Positions 1 through 13,591 of a DNA stretch of 64,000 nucleotides are shown here, one piece after another. Location: contig JAAOMT010000197.1 of assembly GCA_016748015.1 (NCBI GenBank), positions 34,388-98,387 of the forward strand, in the 5' to 3' direction. The position numbers were made by a program, and so were the translations under genes. This DNA is from Geosiphon pyriformis uo1. Its lineage: Eukaryota > Fungi > Glomeromycota. Below the pieces are notes generated by a model that was not told the DNA's origin, ran no database searches, and saw only the letters and a program-made list of their open reading frames with translations. Numbering within the stretch: the stretch's first letter is position 1; each line of letters starts with the position of its first letter.

Positions 1-548
1 AAAAAAAAACAGTATATCAACACAACCCTTGATGCCAATCACGATTTTGATATTGTATATATATATTTTTTTTTTTCTATTTTTATATTCTTTCTATCAC
101 AGGAGTCCTCATTGTCATAAGTTTCTCTATAGATTGACGAGGAAATTTTAGAATTTGTCTTAAAATATTTGCAGTAAAATTTATCGTTAATAAGTGGGAG
201 AATTAACCCATGAACTTAACATAAAACAATATTAAAGAGAGAAAGAGAAAGAGAGAGAGATATATATATATGAGAAATTGATTTTTTGATAAGGGGAAGT
301 TTCGTTCATCTTTGAAATAATTGATTATACTGTTCTTGATTTCTTAAAAAGAAATTCGTTTAAGTTGGTTAGTTGGTAGAAGCTGGTAGAGAGGTAATAG
401 AAAAAAATCGATAATTTGAAACGAGACATGCAAAAACACGGTTTAAAAGAATTTCATTTACCTACAATTTAATCTCGTGCGAGTTTTTAAAAAATCCCAA
501 ATAAAAAGAATCATACATATAGCTCATTCTGAATTTGAATTTACTAAA

Positions 549-928
549 ATGTCATCATCATATACAAAGCATCTTGACTCGCGAGCTAACTTCGTGATAA
601 GTAATGAGATTCCTCTTTCACCACCATCAACATCCCGAATTTCTGGGGTTTCCTTATTAACACGTTCACAAATATCTGAAGAAACCCTTTCTCGTACTTC
701 CAATTTCACATCATATTCAAATCTTGTCAACACATCTTCAACATCCATAATGCAAATATTTTCACCAAGCAGCATTCTTCTCATCATTTTGATCATTTTG
801 ATCATTTTTTTCTCTCTGACATTCCTTTCTTGCTTTATTTTTTCATTTCGCCAAAAACGACGAAGGCGAAGTAACAAAATTATGGCCCATAATCAGTACC
901 AAAATAATCGATATAAGCGTAATAACAC

Positions 929-959
<31 letters not shown>

Positions 960-1514
960 AATAATAATAATAATAATTTGATACCATTAGCAGTAGTTTC
1001 TCGAACTCTTGACATTGAAGAAATGGAAAAATCCTCAATTACCTCCACGAAGCTCAGTAAATCAAACAATCGAAAAGAAATATTAAACAAACTCAAATCG
1101 TTACATATTTTGAGAGGAATAAAACGAATTAAAAATTATCATGGAAATAAAATTTTGGAAAGACCTACATCCAAGGATTTAGGACATCGCCCTTTACAAC
1201 TTTTACAAATGAAACAACAACAACAACAACAACAAGAAGAAGAAGAAGAAGAAGAAGAAGAAAATAATCAAAGCCTTCAATGTGAAAGTGTGAATAAGGT
1301 CATAGATGTTCTTGAACCAGCTGTAATAAGACAAAGTTTTATTTTAGTCGAGAGTGACAGTAGTAAAATTATTGATATATCGGAAATGATTAAGAACGAT
1401 GAGGAAGATGAAATTTGTGATGACGAAGTTCCCTCTATCACAATGGTTGATATCATCAAAATGATTAAAACCGAGTATCATAGTAAAGAATTTATCAAAG
1501 AATTAAAAGTTTGA
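549..1514 (+). CDS. Hypothetical single-pass membrane protein (Ser/Thr-rich N-terminus, one TM helix, low-complexity cytoplasmic tail)
   Basis: Open frame 477-1514, first ATG at 549 (AAAATG context). Hydrophobic run ILLIILIILIIFFSLTFLSCFIFSF is followed by basic RQKRRRR (positive-inside), then poly-N and poly-Q/E tracts. No family recognised. Confidence 0.65.
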
Positions 1515-1793
1515 TAAGGGAATATTTTTTAAAAGTATTTCTCGTAATCAATAGATATTTTAATTAGGATAGAAATTGACCAGTTTTTTAATATATCTTA
1601 TTTTATTTTTTTTTATCGCAAACAAACAAAATTTATGAAATGAACATATTTGGGACTTTTTTTTTTTTTTTTTAGCCGTCAAATTTTATTTAAAAAAACA
1701 ATCTCTTAAAAAAAATCCTCTTTGAAAATTTCTCAATCACGTCCCAAAATTTGAATAATGTAGGTAAAACATTTCAATCTCTAAAACAGCGGA

Positions 1794-1853
1794 TTTATTT
1801 ATTTATTTATTCATTTATTCATTCATTTATTTATTTATCTATTTATTTATTTA
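1794..1853. repeat. (TTTA/TTCA)n tetranucleotide microsatellite
   Basis: Directly visible tandem TTTA/TTCA units. Confidence 0.85.
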
Positions 1854-3009
1854 TTATCATCATACTGTATATTTTTAAGATCTTTTTCATTGGGATTTAA
1901 AAGAAAAAAAGTTCCTTTAGTAAACTTTCAAAAAAGGGGGGGGGGGTTGTACCTATTTTCGATCCACTTTTTACAAAATTCGATAAAAAAAAATTATATG
2001 ATTAAAAAAAATTTTTTTTTTTTAAATAAATAAATTATCTAAAAAATAATATATGTTAAAAAGGTTTTAAATATATATATATATATTTAAAAAAATGTTC
2101 AATTAAAACTTTTGTATGGTACTCTTTTCTTCTTGGTACCTCTGTCTGATTTTTTTTCATTAAACTATTTTTGAACACCATTATTAATGAATTAGACAAA
2201 AAGTCTCATTTTTTAAAAAATAAATTATAAATTATATACCGTATTCATAATGACAAGATTTTTGTAAAAAGGGGAATTTTGTCTATTTTGAAATTTCTGT
2301 TATTTAGACAAGATAAATGAAAACGAACTCTTGAAGTTTTGGTTTTATTCAAGACTTTGACAGAAGATGATCAGTATACCAATCAATTCAAAAATCTTTG
2401 AAAATTTTTTTTTAAGGATAACAATCGTAGGTTATTCCAATTTCTTTTGAAATAAATCAGAACCCCAAGCGGCTCATTGATCAAATCAATATATGATGAC
2501 TGTAATGGTTGAGAAAATAAAACTATTAGCAAAATATGACATATGTATAAAAGTAAAAAAGTATTGATTTCATAAATTTATTAATAAAATGTAAATTTTT
2601 TGGTTTTAAATTGATTTTTTTGGTTAAAAAAATGGTTTTATTAAATATATTAAATAAATTCTTTATTATTTTATGGTATATTTTTAAAAAACTGCCTATT
2701 TCAGTTGTAACAAAATTAATTCCATAGACTTTTTCTTCGAAATACTTGAACATCACCTTTTGGTTTTCACAAAAATTAATATATATATATATATATATAT
2801 TTGAGTTTCAAAGAAAATTAACCAGGTTTGTTTTACAAAAAAGATTCTTAGTGGCAAATGAATGAAAAATAGATAAACTATGAATAATAGAAAATTTCAG
2901 AGATGTTTTGTAGAGTTTTTCCCAACATATCAATTGTTGAGAATTTAAGATTTTTTTTATGTGTCAAGTTGATGATTTTTATATGAAAATCGGCCGTCTT
3001 TGGTCTCAA

Positions 3010-3487
3010 TCACGATTTGACTTCAACATGTTGCAAAGAAACCCAACCTTGAATCGCCTCACAAATGATGGGATCTTTAGGGATGTGAAAACGGACGAGA
3101 TACCTACCAATCATTCGAGATAAGACGGCCATTGTAAATGTATCTGGAGGACACAACTTCAAGATTTCCCCAGCAATATCGGCATATGTCATTTGCTTTA
3201 TTTTAGTTCGTCGGTTGAAACATCGAATAAATTCTTCGTTCAATTCCTCACGTTCCTTGTCTGTCCAAAATTCTCCAGGTAACCTAGAAACTTGAGGCAC
3301 TTTCGGGAGTACCTCGCTTTGAATGGGTTGAACTGCCACTTTCACGGGAATTGGTGTGACCGGAGAAGGTGGCGAGATCATGAGACTCTGACCTAGTTTT
3401 TGTAGGCCAATATCTCTCATTGATGGTGAAAGATCAAGAGTAGGGTCTCTGGGTCCATTCTTTGGAGTAGACATTCCGTCAGTATGC

Positions 3488-3558
<71 letters not shown>

Positions 3559-4603
3559 GTTATTATTGTTATTATTATTGTTATTGTTATTATTATTATT
3601 ATTGTTATTATTATTACAATCAGCATGAAGGGTTGCAAGTTCAGTGAAACCATCGAGTGTAATTTCGGATGGATTCAGATGATCATTAGTTCCTTTGGTT
3701 TTAGGAATTGATAACGCATTTTCTGGGCTTTTTTGATCTTGGACGGATTTGATCCTTTGAACACTAATTGGATCGAGACCTTCAATTACATCTCCCACAA
3801 GGTGTCCAATCCTTGACATCGGCATCTCTTCCATATCTTCTAAAGCTTCCTTGAAATGTTGAAAGCCAATAGCGACCTCGTTACAAGCATAAGACATCTT
3901 TGAAAGAAAATGTACCAATTTTTTTTTTCAAATTAAAAAAAGACTTTTTCAAACACTTTGTTGATGACATTAAAATTAAACCAATACATACAGCTTGAAA
4001 TTTCCTTGCAAATTTTTGCACTAATGATAATTCAAATTCCATCGAATTATCAACTCGGGGAAGAGATCCATTTGAATTTCGATCTTCAAATGATGATCTT
4101 GATTTACCATTTTGCAGACAATATTCCCAATTATTCTGAAAATCCCTGTTTAAAGGTACGTTCTGTAATGGGGTTTCTTGTGGTGTATTCTGCATTTCTT
4201 TTCTTTGGAGTTCATTCTCAGATTCTCTACCTGGAGAAAGATCCAAATCTTCAGAATTTGACTGTCCATTCTGAAAATCTCTATTTGGAGATGTAGTCAG
4301 AAATCGTGTTTTCTGCAGTATGTTACCATTGCTTGAATCTGTTAAGTTAAAGTCGGGAAACATTTGGGTCGTGAAATAATTGTTTCGTATCTCAACAGGA
4401 GGAGTTTGAGGAGTATTTGGCTTTGTACGTTTAGGTGTTCGAGGATCTTGAGGTGAAGTACTAGTAGCCGAATTCGAAGCTAAAGAACCATTTAAAACTC
4501 CATAGACGATCGGTTTTCCGTTAGGTGTAATACAATTTTTAACGACGGGTGGGTAGTGGTCCGAACAAGTGGAACGTTTTGAGGGCGTTGATCGATGATT
4601 CAT
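3010..4603 (-). CDS. Hypothetical ~499 aa protein, 2 exons (4603-3992, 3897-3010), poly-Asn tract, possible C-terminal Myb/SANT-like HTH
   Basis: Track ORFs 3881..4603 and 3010..3918 join in phase 0 via a 94-nt GTATGT...AAG intron (3991-3898), giving KFQA|MSYACNEV. The C-terminus FWTDKEREEL...YADIAGEI resembles a Myb-like helix pattern (inference). Confidence 0.7.
3488..3616. repeat. (TTA/TTG)n trinucleotide repeat encoding poly-Asn on the minus strand
   Basis: Visible tandem repeat inside the 3010-4603 gene. Confidence 0.9.
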
Positions 4604-5650
4604 TTTTCTGATTATTTGTTACAAAAGAAATTTTTTTTTTGATAAATGAGGTAGAATAAAAAAAAATTTTCAAGCACTAATTGTGAAGGTGAAGTGATAT
4701 CTAGATTATGGGAGAAACCCTTTTTTTTATATTGATAATTCAAAAAAGATGGATAAGACTAATCCTAATTGGGGACTTAATCATCGATGTGTAACTTATG
4801 TTGAGCGGCTGTCCAAAGAGTTAACTGGTAAGTTGATCAATGGGAATCTCAATGTTCTCTGTAATTTTTTATATTATATGTATTTTTTTTTTCTCTCTTA
4901 AATGTACAAATTTAAAGGGAGGTTTTTTTTTTTGCATTAAAAAAAATTAATTTGATGATTGCAACTAATGTGATGATGCTTAATTGTCACATGATTTTAA
5001 CTTTTAAATCATATAATCACAATTTAATTTAAATTGCAATCTCATCTTTTTTTATTAATGATTAAAATCTTTTTTTTTTCTGTTAATTGAACTATTCATT
5101 AATACAATTTTTTAATTAATTTTCAAAAAAGAAATTTTTTTTAGATCTTTTAAATGTGTAAACATTAGCATCATGAAACACTTTTTTTTAAAAAAAAAAA
5201 CGTTCGAGTTTTAAGTAATTGTTCAGACTGTATTATAATATGCTTGGTTTGACTGATTGTATATAAATTCTAAATAGCGTAATGTTTGATTTCAGTTATT
5301 CCATGATTAATTACAGATCAATTTTGACAATTCCAAAGGCTAAATTCTTAAAATAAAATCGAAATCCGAAATCCGAAATAGCATATTTTTTATTAATTCA
5401 ATTTCATAAGCTTCTTTTAATAATGAAGTTTGTTATAAGCCAAAATTTGTTTATTTAAATTATTTACAGTAGGATTTGTGATAAATGAATATTATTAATA
5501 TCAAACTGAATAGTTTGGCTTTTTTTTTAAAAAAAAAATCACCATAATTCAAAAATATAAAATAAAATGTTTTCTGTTTCTCTTCAAATAATAATAATAA
5601 TAATCAATATTAAAAGCTCAAATATTTTATTTCCTCTTGCCTAGTACCAC

Positions 5651-6299
5651 TTAATTATCGAAATGTTCATGATCAAACAATCGGTGGGCACCAGCTTCTG
5701 CCGACAATACGACAATTGTTGGGTCGACATTAGGTAACGCGAATCGTTGTAATAGATGATGAGCTTCTTGTGCTGCTGTGGCACGTATATTATCGATTGC
5801 TTTGTGATGATGGGAGGGAAATGAGGATAAATTTTTCAGGTATTCGTAGTGAATTCTTACCGCCTAATTGAAATAAATTAATTTGAAATTGAATTAATTC
5901 GGGCGTTTTATTTGATTATAGAAAATGAAAGTGGTAAAAGAAGTTTAAAGTTTTATGAATAAAACCTTACTTTATAGGCAGCGGCACCAGCGATTACAGC
6001 AGGTGTAATTGGAAATCGTGGATCTGGACCCCAAACGTAGATTTGATTATAGTAGTGTTCCATTTGAGCTGTTTCACATGATGAAAAGAATATATATATA
6101 TTAATTGACAAGGAATTCATAAGAATCAGCAAAAATCCCAATACTCCAGTTTCAAAGATCATGTTTCAAAGACATATCAAATTAAATAACATTATTTACC
6201 TGGATCAGAACCGAATGCATTCGGTACAAACGCGTCAAATCCACGCAAGTTTTGACCATAGGCTGTTTCGTTATGTTCTATCGTTGTTGTGGATAGCAT
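5651..6299 (-). CDS. CipC-like / DUF3759-like small protein, 136 aa, 3 exons (6299-6200, 6068-5971, 5863-5651)
   Basis: GT-AG introns (GTAAAT..CAG, GTAAGG..TAG) give an intact frame MLSTTT...HYYNQIY...PAVIAGAAAYKAVRIHYEYL...HHKAIDNIRATAAQEAHHLL...FDN*. IAGAAAY+A matches the CipC/DUF3759 hallmark as I recall it (ELIAGAAAYEA). Confidence 0.75.
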
Positions 6300-8064
6300 T
6301 TTAGAAATAATTTTTTTGGGTATGGGTTCAAATGACAAAGATAATTTTGTTTTGAATAATGAAAAATGTCCAATGTTACGGAATTAAAAGGTGAATTAAA
6401 TTGGAAATTTATGTCAAATGTAAATTTCTTTCAAGAATATAAATTGAAATGAATATTGAGTAGGTATTTGACGCGTCTTGGAATTTTTTTTAATCCATCA
6501 AGAAGACCAGAATAACATCATTTTATATATACCTGCAACCCATTATCTTTCTCTACCAATTGTTTTCGAGTTTACCTTTTTCATTGTATTTATCGGATCA
6601 AAATGGAACCGAGATCTTTTTCACCCATGAACATCCTTTGTAGATTTTTTCCAAGCAGAAATAGCCCGACTTTTCAAAAGAGGCAATAAATTAATTCGCA
6701 AATTCTCCCACGAAAACATAAATGATGTCAATCGTGTAACCTGTTTATGCCCAATCAATCAAAAAAAGCTTTCCTTTAACTCCTCGTTGTCACAGCCCCA
6801 TGCACCCGACTCTGAGTTTAGAACTCCTGCTTTGAAAATCCAATCATTGACACCTGCTCAGATTAATTGTCTCCTTAGCTTATATTTTCGTAACTTTGAG
6901 ATAAGCCAAAATTTAGTATTTTGCTTGCTTGCTTGTTTGTTTATTTATTTATTTGAACTCTGAATAGGCAATAAAACCCCATATTTTTTGAGATTATCCG
7001 AACAACTTTGGTGGTTATGGTTATGGTTGTGGTTGTGGTTGTAGTAGATTGGATGGTATTTCTTGGACCATTTTATTGCATAATTATTGTTGTTGTTAAT
7101 CTTTGAATTTTTTTCCCGTGAGAAAATTATGCTAATCATCGTCATGATCCATCAATTGTGAACGGCAAGTCTTTGTCATTACGAAATTGTTACACCTAAA
7201 GGCTATTTTTCAAATGAGACAAATTTAGGGTGATCAGGCATGGTATCATCATTAACCATTGAAAATTCAACTAATCGGTGTTGAATTCATTAAGAAAGGA
7301 ACATAACATACCATCATTTAGGTTCCTTGACAAAATTAAAAAGTCCAAAGACTCGCTCGGGTCCTGTTGATTGATCGAGGCCTGTTTAACAAGTTTCCAT
7401 GTTGATTGTGAGCATAAGAATTGGAACAATAGGTAGATCATCCGACAATAAAATTATGACCAAGAAATTTTTACCAATGATTGTTTGGGGATCTAGGTTG
7501 GTGAGATAATTATTTTTGATATTTGATAAATTAAAACCTTTGGTGTTTTTGTTTGTTGTATAAGGGAGGGTAGGGGAGTGGTAGAGGTTAAAGAGGTTCA
7601 AAATTTGAAAATATTTTTTGTGTGCTGAGAATGTTTGCCCTGGGGGAAAAGCGAAATTATTTATCAGCCACTGGGAATTGGGTCATTTTAGTTTTGATTG
7701 CAAATTGAAAATCAATGTATGATTTGGTATTAACTTTTGTTTCGAAAAAGTAAAAATTAACAACTTAATAATACGTGAGACAGAAGGATTTATTTATTTC
7801 CATTCCCTATACAAAGTTTTGGTTTGGGTTTTTATGAAATTTAATTTTTTTGAGAGAGAAAATTCTCAAAATATTGAAAAATCATTTGGAAATATTTGAT
7901 ATTACGTGTATGCATCATCTTGAAATATATATATATATATAATATATAAATTAGAATTAATAAGCGGGTCAGCTGGTATTTTTATCTCAGAATGTATCGC
8001 GTAAACGACTTTCATATCATAAAATTCTGTGTCCCAACTTGACTTTGCAAGAATAACTTTAAAT

Positions 8065-8180
<116 letters not shown>

Positions 8181-9620
8181 AAAATACCAGAATAAATTCT
8201 TAAGAAGGAAAATTATTTATTTAATTCTACCTAATGCCTAAACTTAAAAAATGTGATTGAATACTCGTATTCTCGTTTTCTACGCGATCATAAAAGATTC
8301 CCCTTTTTTTTGGGGAGGAAAATGTTGTTTCAAAATGGGTCTAATAATACTTGTCAAGAGTTTTCACGTGAATTTTTGGTCTTGAATAAGTTCGCTGGGC
8401 TTTTATATTTATTTCTTCCTCCTTGAGACATCTTGAAAAACTTTCCCAAAATTAGAAAGCTTTATTTTTTTTCGATATCGATTCTCAAAATTCAATAATC
8501 TCGAACCAAAATTTCTTGATTATAAACGGTAAATTCTTGCTGAATTCCTCAAAAATAAGCTTTTCGTTAATAATCTGTGAAATTTTCTAACTTCTGATAT
8601 CCCCCCCCCCCCCCTCCTCTGCTCTCAAAAAGTTTGTCAATGCAATAATGAAAAAATACGCTTTGGTTATGGAGAGACCAAATTACTTATGCCTGTTTGT
8701 TTCAATTCAGTGAACAATCACTCTGTTTAGGATCAGTTTCGATCGTGAGAATGGAAGCGGAATAGGACATTCATTTTTAGAAAATAAATAATAGGCTTTT
8801 TGGACATTATTGAAATTTCTTGTGAATCATTTAAGAACATGAGAAAAGAAGGGATAATGTCGTGAATTGAACACTGCCGTCAACGCATACACCTGACAAA
8901 AAGATATGAATCGAAAAAACTTTTTTCGATCTGATGTAATTATATTAGTATTAGTAGCGTTGTTATAAATATATCAGCTTCATGTTGAATACATTTTTTG
9001 TTTTTAATCGAAAATCTTTGAAGTATTAATAGCTGCCCCCTCGGTCTCAATAAGGAATCTGCAATTACTTTCAAAAATCTAACTATAATTTGAGTTTTTG
9101 CGTAATGCTTCCCATGATATATTATTGAGTCTCCTTCTAACACCCGAACCCAGTCCAGAGAAAATGTTTATGAAAAACCTTTCCTATTCATTAAAATTTT
9201 TATATTTAAAGATTTCCTAATATCTTAAACTTTGAGTCCCAATTTACTATTTTAAAAATAAATTTTACTTTATACTATATCTTTCGAGATCAGACACTGA
9301 GGTTCAAGATCTTTTAAACGATACCACATGGATTAAACATTTTAGGCCATTTTTTGATCATACAACCCGAATAAAAATTGCTCGAAAAAGCAAACCCTCA
9401 ACAATTGTAATAAAAATGTGTTTGTCACAAACTTTAATAATATCCAATTAAAACTATTATTACTCCAATAATACCAGATTATATTAGAGCGAGCGGCCCA
9501 GGATTTTTTTTAATTCATCACTATCGGTTTGATGGAGTAGATAAACCAATGAATTAATCTTTTCAGCGAATTTTATTTAATCCAAGTCGTATGGATTTAA
9601 GCATTAAAAGGTTATTCCTT

Positions 9621-11390
9621 TTAATATTCAAATCTATCTGAGCGTGAGGATTTTTTGATCGGCGATAATATCTGTCGGAAACTATCCATTTGGGGTCCAC
9701 TCTATAACATATAAAGAATAAAGAATGAACTTTGAAATAAATCTATCGATTCTCAATATATTCCCACTAACCTTTTGATCGTCGAGAAAGCCCTCTTTGG
9801 AAACACAAGTCGATTTGACAACTGCTTCTAATGTGAGATGCCAACCAGGCTGCTTCTTCTGTAATTCTTCGATTGTTTCGATCCTACCAGGTTTCCCATC
9901 TCCAGTTATCCAGGGGCAATAATGTTTATGTTCAGACTGTACATCGAATAAGCGTTGATCGGCATGTTTAGGAACTCCTTCAATTTCTACAAAATCATCA
10001 TTGGGAATTGAGTTTTTGAAGTTATCCAAATTTTGAAGTCTTTCTTTTTGTGATCTCTCGTCAAGCGCAGAGTGTTCTTGCATATGATGAACCGTAGTTG
10101 AATCTTGTTCATTTATTTTAAATCCTGGTTCAAACACTATTTGATCTTCACTTATTTGGTTCATAGATTGGGTTTGCTTTAAAAATCCAGATGTCCGATT
10201 AGCCGTCAAATTTTCTCGCTCTTTTGCTATGTTGCGAAAATTGATGACAGCACAACGGCGGAAACAAAGTTTACACTGAATGACATCTAAGGTATTCAAC
10301 ACATGCTGATATTCCCAACCAAACAATGATAAACATCCAGCAGTTGAGGCAATAAGTGGATCGATCGACTCCTCTAAACGAAGAGCTTCGAACACAGTAT
10401 GGGTAAATTCCTCCGTCTGATTATGGATATCATGAGGGAGAAAAAGATGAGTAATTTATTCAATATAAATATATTGGTCACAGAACGTACAAGATTGGTC
10501 TTGATAACAGGAAGCTTGTCTTTTAACTTCAACATTTCATGTGCTCTATGTTGAAATCCTTGAACAGCATGATCCCATCGAAGTCGCCTAAACCTGTAGA
10601 TTTCATCTTTTTAACGTAGGAAATTTAAAATCAACATAATCATAAATTGGGATTGTTTAGCATATAAATGATCATTATTACAATTCATACGAACCTGTGC
10701 ACGGGTTGCTACCCCAAGAACAATGTTCGAAATGTGCGGTGGACAATTTTTTGTGATACTTTTCTTCTTGTTGTTTAGCTTGAGACCAAAAGAAGTTTAA
10801 ATATCTTGGTGATGGGTCAAATTATTCAAGATTTAAAGGAAATGGAATAATTACCTATTTCTTCATCTCTAACCCCAGAGTAAGTAATTTCTACCTCAGC
10901 GGTACAGGTTACGCATTGGAGCTTGTTATTGTAGATATTTTCCCACCCATATCTGGCACATTCTGGGGGGCTCAGGCAATGAGGTTTGCCGTACCATGTG
11001 GAGTCGTAAATCATAGGAGTTAAGAATATTTAAGAAGCTAACTAAACTTGTTTCCAAAAGACTCTAATCTTCAAGAAAAGGATATATCGTATGTTGAAAG
11101 ACGTTCCATGAAGCTTTTATAGTCGGTAGGGTTATAAGAAACTTTTACTTTACTTTCGCGATCCAACATGTCCTGGTAATTTGCACGAGTAACTCGCATG
11201 ATCTTTCGCCTTTATTCCAGAAGAAAAATTAAAATCTTTACTTTTCAAACATTTAAATTGAAAGACGCGTGTCTTATAGTTACTTGGGTTCTATATTGAC
11301 ATTTTCGTCAATAGGTTCAGTCATCTCTTTAAAAAGAGATAATACTTCGTCTAATTTCCTTTTTGTCGCATGATCGAGACTGGTGGGCAT
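9621..11390 (-). CDS. zf-C3HC + Rsm1 domain protein (NIPA/ZC3HC1/Pml39/Rsm1-like nuclear basket protein), ~435 aa, 7 exons (11390-11284, 11209-11086, 11005-10855, 10778-10695, 10606-10491, 10416-9772, 9701-9621)
   Basis: Spliced frame is open: MPTSLDHATKRKLDE...FMERLSTYDDSTWYGKP...CARYGW...CVTC...HFEHCSW (C3HC module 1) and LFGW...CKLCFRR...FDVQSEHKHYCPW (module 2). Exon phases are consistent. Confidence 0.88.
11006..11085 (-). other. U12-type (minor spliceosome) AT-AC intron
   Basis: 5' splice site ATATCCTTTT (11085-11076), branch point TTCTTAAC (11026-11019) ~13 nt upstream of the terminal AC (11007-11006). Removal restores RLSTYD|DSTWYGKP in frame. No suitable GT donor lies between the conserved RLSTY and the in-frame stop. 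Confidence 0.85.
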
Positions 11391-12396
11391 AGAACCCTCA
11401 ATATTGTCCATATTTGCAGAGCGATTATAGAGCAAGGTGAGAGGAGAAAGTGATTCAGAGAATCCAGAGTCGCGTAAATCTGGTTCCCAATTATTGTAAA
11501 GGATAAGCTATTTGGAGTTAGTATTGTTTGCAGATTCATTAGTACAAAAAGATCAGGTAGCTTCTCTATTCAGACTAGTACACGTGTTTATTATACATAA
11601 GAACTTCCAAATGGGCTGGGCGTAATTGTTAGTGAATCAATAATGCCCTTTGTCTTTATTATTCTTCAAATGTTTCTTGAATTGATTCGACCTTTCATAA
11701 CCCATATAATAAACCATTTAATTGTAATAAATAATTAGGATGATCCCTCTGCTACAAGTTCCTTTTGATTATCATGATCACATAATCCTCTACAGAATTA
11801 AAAACGCGTCAATATCCCAAAGATCTTTGAGGCCTGAATTTATGATATTCAATTATGATAAAACAAAATCTGAGAGATGTTCAATGGCAATTTGATATCT
11901 AACCTTTTTTTAAAGGTGGTCGGTACTATTTCAGAAGATACAAATATTCTTTATGATGGTATTTCCATGAAAAACTAGTCTCCAGACTTTGGCCTTGATC
12001 ACTTGAAGGTTGGAAACGTTGATCATTTAACCTTTAAAGAAACTCATAAGTCGGTGTTTTTTTTTGGAATAATCATTCTGGGAGAAATCTTGGAATGGTT
12101 GAAATTTTATAAACAATTCATGTCATCATGTTTTGATATTATCGTCATTCCGTCATCTTTTTACACAAACTATGATGGAATCGAAGGAACCTTCATTTTA
12201 TTGTATCATCATTTGAACAGCTGGAAGTAAGGAGGAACTTTTGGTTTTCCAAAAAAAAACTATTGACGATTGGGTAAAAATTAAGATGGGATTTCAAATA
12301 ATATAACGAGATTCTCCCTATCACTCATTAATCTGTCTATAGAATTTAGGGCTGGGTAGACTCCTCACGAATATTTTAGCGACCAAACGAACCAAA

Positions 12397-13248
12397 TTAA
12401 AATCTACAAGGAAAAATGAGATATCAATCAAGGGCATTGGTAACCGATTAAATAAATAAAGTTTACCTGGTAAATCGTTTAGAACCCTTCTGAACTTTCT
12501 TTTGCACCCTGAGAACATTAAAACGAACAGTCTTGGAAAGAGGACTAATTCATCATCGTCATAAATATATGTTTCAAATTGGTTAGTTAAATGTGAATAT
12601 AGAGCTTACTAAGCAGTCGTCTACCCATTACCATCTTTCATAAATTGAGTCTAACAGCGAAACGTGACAGCACGCTTGCAATATCAAAAAATTATTAAAA
12701 CGATCCGCTTACCGGCATTGCCCTACAGTAACCTGATCGCCGGGCTGATTATAAAAAATTAAATGAATATATTAATATCAGATTAAGAAATCGTTTGAAA
12801 ATATCGGTAAAATACCTCAACCCCAATGAAAGCAGGTGATAAGTGAGCCGCCAAATTCTTGTGACGCTTTTCATAACGATTATATTTGGGAACGTAATGC
12901 AAATATTCACGGCGAACAATTATTGTTCGTTTCATCTTGCTGGAAACGACTACTCCACTCAAAATACGGCCTCTGATCGAAATCTCTCCCGTCCATGGGC
13001 ACTTCTTATCAATGTAATGACCTTCAATAGCCTCCTTGGGTGTTTTGTAACCTAGACCGATATCCTTATACCATCTAAGGTTCTTGGTCTTGGTTTTTTT
13101 GGTAATGATTTTAGGGTTTTGGAAAATTCCATGCTGCTTTTGAAACGCTTTTTCAATCTATAAACCAATGATTTTGGGAGGTAAAATTATTGATAAAGCA
13201 TTCTTCGAAGGTGAAGTAAACTAAAAAAATATTTACCTGTTCAGACAT
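12397..13248 (-). CDS. RPS11: 40S ribosomal protein S11 (uS17), 156 aa, 5 exons (13248-13237, 13157-12816, 12744-12713, 12544-12467, 12403-12397)
   Basis: Spliced translation [12 protein letters not shown]...[36 protein letters not shown]...RYEKRHKN...[21 protein letters not shown]...RF*. All introns are GT-AG. The ORF track does not show it. Confidence 0.97.
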
Positions 13249-13591
13249 GTTGCATAAGGTGAATAACAATTGTAAAAATGAAAAAAACTTTTATAGTGGA
13301 TTTCGGTTGAATCTTGTCGGTCTCCCTCACTCGGATCTCAATTTAACTAACCTAGCCCGTGATCCTGACAAATAGTACCTATTGGTAAACGCCACTTCGG
13401 ACCTAAATCTGATCTCTTTTTTTATTATGATTTTTTTTTTTTCCCAATGGCTTAACCTGTCATCCCACATACACACATAAAATCATAGGATTAGTTCACA
13501 TCTCCCGTGTTTTTCCGTATAATTTTTTCGTTTGGGAAGCTCCACTAGCATACCTACATGGTGATCACTCTTCTTAAATCCTATAAGAGAC
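13249..13591. promoter_or_regulatory. Putative bidirectional promoter between RPS11 and FZO1
   Basis: Only 343 bp separate two divergent start codons (13248 minus, 13592 plus). No specific motif assigned. Confidence 0.55.

Noticed and set aside
12843-13055. Plus-strand 70-aa ORF and minus-strand 12321..12518 ORF
   Set aside because: Shadow frames over RPS11 exons.
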